From Micavibrio sp. UBA6147 (lineage in GTDB: Bacteria > Pseudomonadota > Alphaproteobacteria > Micavibrionales > UBA1664), in contig DIUX01000002.1 in assembly GCA_002423185.1 (NCBI GenBank), positions 900,229-964,228 on the forward strand: DNA of 64,000 bases, written 5' to 3'. Numbering within the stretch: position 1 is the stretch's first letter; every line of letters starts with the position of its first letter. The notes under the pieces are model-generated. The model was given only the letters and a program-made list of their open reading frames with translations, ran no database searches and was not told the origin of the DNA. Shown here in pieces: positions 54,511 through 61,310 of this stretch. Both the position numbers and the translations under genes were made by a program.

Positions 54511-57500
54511 TTAGGACAAGACTGTTTTGTGCAGATATTCTTTTGCTTCATGGAAGGCTTGGTTGATCTGTTCAAGGATGGCGGCGCGTTGCTTGAGCGT
54601 TGCGGTTTCCATGTCTTGTGCCGTGGCGCAAAGGTCTTGCAGGGCCGCAGCGCCCGCGGTGCCGGCTCCGCCTTTGACTTTATGCGCTATCTCCACCCAT
54701 GCGGTGTTGTGACCGCCGGTGCAATTCTCCGCCAATGTCTTGATGTCATGCTCGGCCTGTTTGATGAAAACATTGACCATGAGCCTGAGGTCTTCATCCG
54801 TTTCCGCATAGGCTTTTAACGCTGAAAGATCAACCGGCGGCTTTGACTGCCCGGAATTTGAGGTAGGTTTTGACGTGTCTTCACCGTCCTCGTCTTCTTG
54901 TACATCCAGAATGATCCATTGACTGAGAATGTATTTCAGTTCGTCGGCATCAATCGGTTTTGTGATGTATTCGTTCATGCCCGCTTTGATGCATTTTTCC
55001 TGCGTTCCGACCATGGCATCCGCCGTCAGGGCGATGATGGGAATATGTTTTCCGGTTTTCTTTTCGTTTTCGCGGATTTGTACTGTGGCCTCATAGCCGT
55101 TTTTATCCGGCATGTGGCAATCCATGAAAATGAGGTCATATTCTTTTTCTTGATGCGCGGTCAGTGCCTCTTCGCCATTTTCGGCAATGTCGACATGCCT
55201 GAATCCCATACGGCTTAACAGTCTTTGGATAAATTCCTGATTTAATAAGTGGTCTTCCGCCACCAAGATTCGCGCCTGTTCAATCGGGATCATGGGAACC
55301 GACATGTTTTTTCCCGCGGCTTTGTATTGCGCTTTGCCTCTGTCTTTTGGCTCTTCGCTTATCTTGTCCGTGGTGTCGAATGGAATTTTGAACCAGAATG
55401 TTGAGCCCTTGCCGACGTCGCTCTCAACGCCAATCGTTCCCCCCATCAGTTCGACCAGATCCTTGGTGATGGCAAGGCCAAGGCCGGTGCCGCCGTATCT
55501 GCGGGTGATGGTTTCGTCGGCCTGCGTGAATTTATCAAAAATGATTTTCAGCTTGTCTTTAGGGATGCCGATGCCGGTATCCTTCACTTCGCAGTAAATC
55601 TCAACTCTTCCATCTTCGATATTCTTGCTTTCGATTTTGACCTCGACACTCTCTTCGCCGATTTCGAATGTCGGTATTTTTGCCACTTTTTTGGGGTTGT
55701 GGTGATGGCCGATCATGATGCCGACTTCACCGCTGTTTGTATACTTGATGGCGTTGCTTACAAGGTTTGTAAGAACACGGCTCACACGGAAAGGATCGCC
55801 GACAATCAGGGGGATGTCCTCACTGGAGAAGTGATATCTCAGCGTAATACCCTTGGCGCTGGCGACCGGAGCCATGGTTTCCATGACATTCGCCACCATG
55901 TTTTTCAAGTCGAACCCAGTTCTTTCGAGAACCATGCTTACAGCCTCGATCTTGGAAATGTCCAAAATGTCGTTGACGATTTCCAGAAGGTTTGTGGCGG
56001 ATTTCAAAACCGTGCCCGCCATGGCGCGGTTATCGTTGCTCAAATCATTGTCTTCCGTGAACATGCGGGTCATCCCCATGATGCTGTTCAGGGGAGTCCG
56101 CAATTCATGGGACATATTGGCCAAAAACTCGCTCTTTGCTTGGTTGGCTTTTTCGGCTTCTTTCTGGGTTTTTTGCATGGTTTCGCGCTCTATAATCCGG
56201 CCGAGCTGGGTGCCGATGCTGCCCATGATATTCATGAATTCCTGATCGGGCTTGTCAATATTGCCCGCAAAAAACTCCAACACGGCGACAACATTCTTTT
56301 TAATCAGTACGGGAAAGCCGAGCCCAGCGCTGATGCTGCCGTCCGGCAAGAACCGGCGCCGAAGAAAATTCTGATGCTGCATGACGTCTTTGATCCATGC
56401 TGCCTGACCGCTTTGATAAACCCCTCCGGACAATTCTATGCCCGAAGCAAAGGCCATTTTCTCTGTGGCGCGTCTGAACCTTTTGAAACGGTTTCCATCT
56501 TCCAGATGCCATATCTTGGAAGGAACCAATCTTTTTTGGCTTTCATCAAGCAAATAGGCGTGGCCTATGGGCCAGCCCGTGAAATTACAGATTTCTTTTA
56601 AGCAGGCCTGTATGGTTTCTTGCACATTATCGGACTCGTTAATAGCATTTGTAATAATACCCAAAAGCCGGATGGTATTGGTTTCCCCTTGCAGCTTCTG
56701 GTTCAGCATGTCCGCCTTTTCCTTCGCCCGCAAAAGGTCTTTTGTCTGTTCAAGAACCATGCCTTGAAGATTGTCACGGTGATTTTTCAATTCGCCGTAG
56801 ATAAGATTTATGGGCAGAAAAATGCGATAATACGCATAAACGAGGATGACGAGAAAGCAGACAATACTTATCACAAGTATCACTTGCTGTGCCAAGATGA
56901 CGTGTTCTGTGTCTTTTCTGATGGCGTCCTCAACGATGTAAACCGCGTTATCCTGCGTCCGCACCGTTTTATTGGCTTGATCGGAAAGTTCGACATAGCG
57001 GGGGTTATCTTGAATATTTTCCGCATTGGATTGCAAGGCGATTGTGGCTATTCTGTCCAGTGTCTTCCATTCTTTATGCGCCTCCCGAATGGCGTTTGCC
57101 GCATTTGTGAAGCGAAGCGGCCTGATCTCGGTTCGCCGGCTGCCGTCGGCATTTAAGACGATCGTTCCACCCACCAAAAACCCTTTGAAGTTTGTTTCGA
57201 TCAAAATCCGCGTGCGGTCGGCCGCCTTCTTGCTTTCGACAACGGTTTTCCAGTCACCGCTGGTATGCGCCGCGATTGTCGTTGTGATTTCCCTTGTGAA
57301 ACGCTGGATAAGCATCCGTTGCAGGCCGGCACTGTTGACGATGGCACTGTCATGGACTTTTTGTTGCTGTGTATGAATAACGTAAAGATACGATCCCGTA
57401 AAAAGCAGGATCAAGATTGTCAGGAGAATGCTGAGCTGAAGGAAAACGGTTTTGCCAATATCCCTCATTTTTTCCTGCGGGTATTGAACCTTTTTTCTTG

Positions 57501-58305
57501 CTTCCTCACGCGCTTCGCCAGAGCTTTTATAGATGCTCAGTATAATGGCGATGGCAAAGACGACGCTGCTGGCAACCGCTACGGACAAGGCCAGCGTGTC
57601 AAAATGTTGCCCCGGATCATACCGGCAATCCGCCCACGGAATAAAGACGGAGGCCGCCATGCCGGTGTAATGCATGCCGCAGATCGCGGCGCCCATAATC
57701 AAAGCGGCGATTATCTGCCAGAAAAGCTTTTGATGTCCTTCATGTTGCCCCAGCGTAAAAACAATCCAAAGCGCCGCGCCCGACGCTGTGACCGAGATGA
57801 TAAAGGAAAGAAGAAACAGTTTTGGTGTATAGCGCAGCTCGGCATCCATATCCATCGCGGCCATACCGGTATAATGCATCGCGCATATGGCCGTCCCCAA
57901 AAGAACGGCGCTGACGAGAATCCGGAAAGTATTGATCCGTCCCGATCGCACAGCCGCCAAAACGCCATAGGCGATGATGGCAGCGATGACCATGGACAAG
58001 ACCGTCAAGGACACATCATAAGAGATCGCCATATCCATGTCATAGGCCAACATGCCGATAAAATGCATCGACCAAATCCCGAGGCCAAAGGCAAAAGCCC
58101 CGCCCAGATGCAACAGGTTTTTCAGCGTTTTTGAGCCGGCTTTGTGAATATCGGTCGCCAGCCTCAGACCCGTGAACGACCCCAAAGCGGCAATGATGTA
58201 AGAAAGCACAACGAGGTAAGGGATGTAGACCCCTTTTTCAACATTCGTCGGAATCTCTCCAAAAAGGAAAAAATACCCCAGTATGGATTGCAGTCCCTGC
58301 GACAT
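54511..58305 (-). CDS. hybrid sensor histidine kinase: MHYT (3 repeats) - PilJ-type sensor - TM - GAF - HisKA - HATPase_c - REC - Hpt
   Basis: MHYT motifs SMHFIGMLAY, AMHYTGMAAM and GMHYTGMAAS. PilJ-like NSAGLQRMLIQRFTRE. H-box MSHELRTPLNSIMG. G-box GGTGLGLAITKDLVELMGG. REC LIFMDCHMPDKNG...KPI. Hpt IAHKVKGGAGTAGA. Confidence 0.93.
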   Translation of the reverse strand: MSQGLQSILGYFFLFGEIPTNVEKGVYIPYLVVLSYIIAALGSFTGLRLATDIHKAGSKTLKNLLHLGGAFAFGLGIWSMHFIGMLAYDMDMAISYDVSLTVLSMVIAAIIAYGVLAAVRSGRINTFRILVSAVLLGTAICAMHYTGMAAMDMDAELRYTPKLFLLSFIISVTASGAALWIVFTLGQHEGHQKLFWQIIAALIMGAAICGMHYTGMAASVFIPWADCRYDPGQHFDTLALSVAVASSVVFAIAIILSIYKSSGEAREEARKKVQYPQEKMRDIGKTVFLQLSILLTILILLFTGSYLYVIHTQQQKVHDSAIVNSAGLQRMLIQRFTREITTTIAAHTSGDWKTVVESKKAADRTRILIETNFKGFLVGGTIVLNADGSRRTEIRPLRFTNAANAIREAHKEWKTLDRIATIALQSNAENIQDNPRYVELSDQANKTVRTQDNAVYIVEDAIRKDTEHVILAQQVILVISIVCFLVILVYAYYRIFLPINLIYGELKNHRDNLQGMVLEQTKDLLRAKEKADMLNQKLQGETNTIRLLGIITNAINESDNVQETIQACLKEICNFTGWPIGHAYLLDESQKRLVPSKIWHLEDGNRFKRFRRATEKMAFASGIELSGGVYQSGQAAWIKDVMQHQNFLRRRFLPDGSISAGLGFPVLIKKNVVAVLEFFAGNIDKPDQEFMNIMGSIGTQLGRIIERETMQKTQKEAEKANQAKSEFLANMSHELRTPLNSIMGMTRMFTEDNDLSNDNRAMAGTVLKSATNLLEIVNDILDISKIEAVSMVLERTGFDLKNMVANVMETMAPVASAKGITLRYHFSSEDIPLIVGDPFRVSRVLTNLVSNAIKYTNSGEVGIMIGHHHNPKKVAKIPTFEIGEESVEVKIESKNIEDGRVEIYCEVKDTGIGIPKDKLKIIFDKFTQADETITRRYGGTGLGLAITKDLVELMGGTIGVESDVGKGSTFWFKIPFDTTDKISEEPKDRGKAQYKAAGKNMSVPMIPIEQARILVAEDHLLNQEFIQRLLSRMGFRHVDIAENGEEALTAHQEKEYDLIFMDCHMPDKNGYEATVQIRENEKKTGKHIPIIALTADAMVGTQEKCIKAGMNEYITKPIDADELKYILSQWIILDVQEDEDGEDTSKPTSNSGQSKPPVDLSALKAYAETDEDLRLMVNVFIKQAEHDIKTLAENCTGGHNTAWVEIAHKVKGGAGTAGAAALQDLCATAQDMETATLKQRAAILEQINQAFHEAKEYLHKTVLS

Positions 58306-58310
58306 GATGC

Positions 58311-59231
58311 TTATTCGATTTCCATGAATCCGGCTTGTTGCGCCATATCCGCCATCGTGCGGATATCATCATAGTTTTTGTCGTCAACCTCAATAAAGCT
58401 GGATAAATGCGCTTTTTTCAGGATCGCCTGTCCTTCGGGATCGTCCTTCATGCCGAGCAACGCCTGTTTGATTTTTTGCATCTTTTCTTCGGGCATGCTC
58501 GTGGAGTAGATGACAGGCGGAACGCCCGCAGGGCCGAGCGTTTCTATAATTTTAACTTGGCTGGCATAGCTTTCGTTTTCAGCCAGCGCATAATCAAGAA
58601 CCAGCGAGTCAACGGCGCTTGCATGCGCCTCTCCCGACCCGACCATACGGATGGATTCTTCATGTGATCCGGATTTGACGACCTTGTCGAAAAACCCGTC
58701 CGTTTCCCCGATCGACACCATTTTCGCGCGCGGCATGTTATAGCCGGAATTGGAAATTTCGTCATTATAGACCCATGTTTTTCCCTTGAGGTCTTCGAAC
58801 TTGGTGATCGGGCTATCTTTTTTCACGATGACATAGGAATAATATTTGGGTTCCCCCTTATACAAGGCTCCGGCATTTACCGGCGCGGCAAGAAGCCCGA
58901 CCGATGCATTATCCTTGCCGTCATGCGCCAGTACATAAGGATAACCACAGACAAACGCAATTTGCGCTGTACCGCTCTCAACCAAAGAATTGATGGTGGA
59001 ATAAGACAGACCGGAAACGAACTCGATCTGTAGACCCGTTTTCTTTTCAAGGTATTCGCCGAGCTCCTCATAGACGTCAACGCCTTTTTCTGAAACAAAG
59101 GCGGCGGTCAGGGCGATTGTAATCGGTTCGTTATCCTGAGCCTGAACAGATTGAGAACCCCCAACACCGAAAAAACACACACAAGCGAGAAAAGACATCG
59201 CAAGAAATCGCCGCATTGTTGTTAGGATCAT
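58311..59231 (-). CDS. periplasmic substrate-binding protein, PhnD/phosphonate-binding-like family
   Basis: Signal peptide ending VQA/QD. Type-2 SBP pattern ITIALTAAFVSEKG ... AQIAFVCGYPYV. Its stop lies 5 nt upstream of the kinase start. Confidence 0.8.
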   Translation of the reverse strand: MILTTMRRFLAMSFLACVCFFGVGGSQSVQAQDNEPITIALTAAFVSEKGVDVYEELGEYLEKKTGLQIEFVSGLSYSTINSLVESGTAQIAFVCGYPYVLAHDGKDNASVGLLAAPVNAGALYKGEPKYYSYVIVKKDSPITKFEDLKGKTWVYNDEISNSGYNMPRAKMVSIGETDGFFDKVVKSGSHEESIRMVGSGEAHASAVDSLVLDYALAENESYASQVKIIETLGPAGVPPVIYSTSMPEEKMQKIKQALLGMKDDPEGQAILKKAHLSSFIEVDDKNYDDIRTMADMAQQAGFMEIE

Positions 59232-59249
59232 CTGTTAATCTCCCGCTTT

Positions 59250-60716
59250 TTATGGTGTTTCTTGATTGATAAGACCGGATAACAGGTCTTCATAACGATA
59301 TCTGTGAATAGTGTCCGGCCTTGCCACTTCTTCGTGAACAGCAGGCCCCCCAAGAAAGTCAAACGTCGCACAAACCGCCGAAGTCGTCAAGCTGAGGGTC
59401 GGAACGCCCAGCACGAAGGTCATAGGCATTTTCAAGATTTTGGCTTTCGAGCAAAAAGCGGTCATCAGGTTGATCGTTTCCTGCTCTGACCTTTTGGTGC
59501 CATCGAGCCGCACTCCGGCGACATCGACGCCCGTGTTGCGCAGGTAATTGAAGTTGATATCTCGGCGCAACGGAATCTCCGCAAAAACATGGCGACAGAA
59601 TTGCCGCAGCGGAGCAGCAAACCAATACGCGTTTTTGGGCGGCATGCCGCCTTCCATATTCATGATATAAAAAACAAGGAATTGCCTTTGTGTCACGGGG
59701 ATACGCATAAGGGATTCTTTGTAAAGCTCATAGCTTTCAAAATGATGGAGCGTTTCATATTGCACCGGACAGGCAATCAGGAGTTTGCGCCCGTCTTTCT
59801 CCATACTCGACAGCTCGACCATGACCGCATCCAGAATTTTTTGGTCGATCGCGATCCTGTTTTCGCTGGGCTGCCCTGCATACAACGCCCTGTGAGCTTC
59901 AAAGACAGTGCGTTTATCTCTTGTTTCCCGCGCCAAGCATAGATATGTCGTGAGCGCATTGCGCCGAACATCCCATAGCGGCGTGTAGGAAAATGCCAAA
60001 TTCTGCGGCAAGCTGCCTTTTTTCGGTAGCGGTATGGTTTTCGGCTTGTAATCGGATGCGCCAATATCAACGCCTTTCAGGTCGGACAGGCCGAAATTTT
60101 CTTCGGTGTCCTCTGTTGGCGCGTCTTGTGGCGGCTCCTCCGTTTCCTCAAAGTCCACCATGTCAATCGCCAGCGCATCCAGAAAATCTGGGAAGGGCTG
60201 ATCGAGAAGAAAATCGGTTCTGATCTCACATATCGCTTCGCGGATTTCAATATTTCTTAATTCGTTTTCATCCAGTTCGAACAAGCGCCGCCTGATTTCT
60301 TCCGCGATCAAAGCCGCTTTTTCTTGCCCTTCTTCCAAGGAGGCATGGGCGAAGATGATGAGATAGGTGTCGTCTTGATAGCGGATAAAGATGTCGCCCT
60401 TACCCATATGCTTGTCGATCACTTCTTCCGTCGTGTTGTATACGATTTTGCTCAGCCCCGACCATTGCTTACCCATGCGCTTCTTGATTTTGGCGAGGCC
60501 GATGAACTGCAACTTACCGGATGTGATAAGATCTTTTCGTTTGAAAAGCTGGTTACAGAGTTTTTCAAGTTCAGCTTGTTTTTCCGGCGCAAGATTCATC
60601 GCTTTTTTCGGGCGAATCTGCTCTACATGCGATTGTGCGCGCTGTTTTTTCCAAGAAAGCAGCCGGTTCCATACAGGCGCGATCTTCTCATGCAGTTTTT
60701 TGAATTTTGTGACCAT
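59250..60716 (-). CDS. cytoplasmic protein with degenerate GGDEF-like and degenerate EAL-like domains
   Basis: GGDEF-like block FIGLAKIKKRMGKQW...GDIFIRYQDDTYLIIFAHASLEEG, where the GGDEF position reads QDDTY. EAL-like block FSYTPLWDVRRNALTTYLCLAR ... LLIACPVQYETL ... FVLGVPT, where the EAL position reads LCL and no DDFGTGYSS is present. No TM segments. Confidence 0.7.
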   Translation of the reverse strand: MVTKFKKLHEKIAPVWNRLLSWKKQRAQSHVEQIRPKKAMNLAPEKQAELEKLCNQLFKRKDLITSGKLQFIGLAKIKKRMGKQWSGLSKIVYNTTEEVIDKHMGKGDIFIRYQDDTYLIIFAHASLEEGQEKAALIAEEIRRRLFELDENELRNIEIREAICEIRTDFLLDQPFPDFLDALAIDMVDFEETEEPPQDAPTEDTEENFGLSDLKGVDIGASDYKPKTIPLPKKGSLPQNLAFSYTPLWDVRRNALTTYLCLARETRDKRTVFEAHRALYAGQPSENRIAIDQKILDAVMVELSSMEKDGRKLLIACPVQYETLHHFESYELYKESLMRIPVTQRQFLVFYIMNMEGGMPPKNAYWFAAPLRQFCRHVFAEIPLRRDINFNYLRNTGVDVAGVRLDGTKRSEQETINLMTAFCSKAKILKMPMTFVLGVPTLSLTTSAVCATFDFLGGPAVHEEVARPDTIHRYRYEDLLSGLINQETP

Positions 60717-60722
60717 CAGTCA

Positions 60723-61112
60723 TTATAGGCGCAAAAGAGTTTTCACAGCGTTAAGAAGGTCATCCGGTTTGACCGGCTTGCTCATGATTTTGCTTGCTCC
60801 GACTTTTTGCGCCAGTTGCAGGAACGACATATTCTGACCCGCGCCTCCCCCAGACATCGCGATGATCTTCGCTTTGGGGTTCATCACCCGAATTTCCGAT
60901 ATGGTTTCAAGCCCCTCTTTGTCGGGCATTAAGATGTCTGTGACGACAAGATCCGGTGTTTCTTTTTTATACAGCGCCACACCTTCATTCCCGTTTTGCG
61001 CCTCAAACACAATGCATCCCATTTTTTTCAAGACATTCTTCAAGGTGAGCCTCACCAACTCATCATCATCAATAATGAGAATCTTTATCTTTTCAAAGCG
61101 ATTGGCGGTCAT
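60723..61112 (-). CDS. single-domain CheY-like response regulator
   Basis: KILIIDDDE..., the phospho-acceptor context DLVVTDILMPDKEG, and IIAMSGGG...KPV. 129 aa. Confidence 0.9.
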   Translation of the reverse strand: MTANRFEKIKILIIDDDELVRLTLKNVLKKMGCIVFEAQNGNEGVALYKKETPDLVVTDILMPDKEGLETISEIRVMNPKAKIIAMSGGGAGQNMSFLQLAQKVGASKIMSKPVKPDDLLNAVKTLLRL

Positions 61113-61257
61113 GGAGATGATCCCTTATATTGCCGAGATGGTCGTTCCCCTCAGAGTTGTGCTCCAGTCTAGTCCATTTCTGTGGCAAGAGGTAGCGATA
61201 ATTCTGCGGCTATATTTGTATGCTCTCACTGTTCAATTTTTATCTCCGCAGGCAAGA

Positions 61258-61303
61258 AATATGGAACAAGAAACGGAGTAGGCGACAATCCCTCCTATTC
61301 CGT
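61258..61303 (-). terminator. probable rho-independent terminator after the RTX gene
   Basis: 10-bp stem (61273-61282 / 61294-61303, with one G-U pair) and an 11-nt loop. It is followed on the minus strand by TTCTTGTTCC. Confidence 0.55.
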
Positions 61304-61310
61304 CTCCCCC

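Noticed and set aside
1022-58134. Many long ORFs lie antisense to the called genes. Examples are 1022-1966(-), 2373-3389(-), 10622-11623(+), 23287-24204(-), 21861-22613(+), 28986-30089(-), 32273-33232(+), 37085-37969(-), 47055-47942(+), 48111-49046(+), 55699-56601(+) and 57265-58134(+).
   Set aside because: Each overlaps a gene with clear family motifs on the other strand. Their products are Arg/Gly/Phe/His-rich with no motifs, which is typical of shadow ORFs in GC-rich coding DNA.
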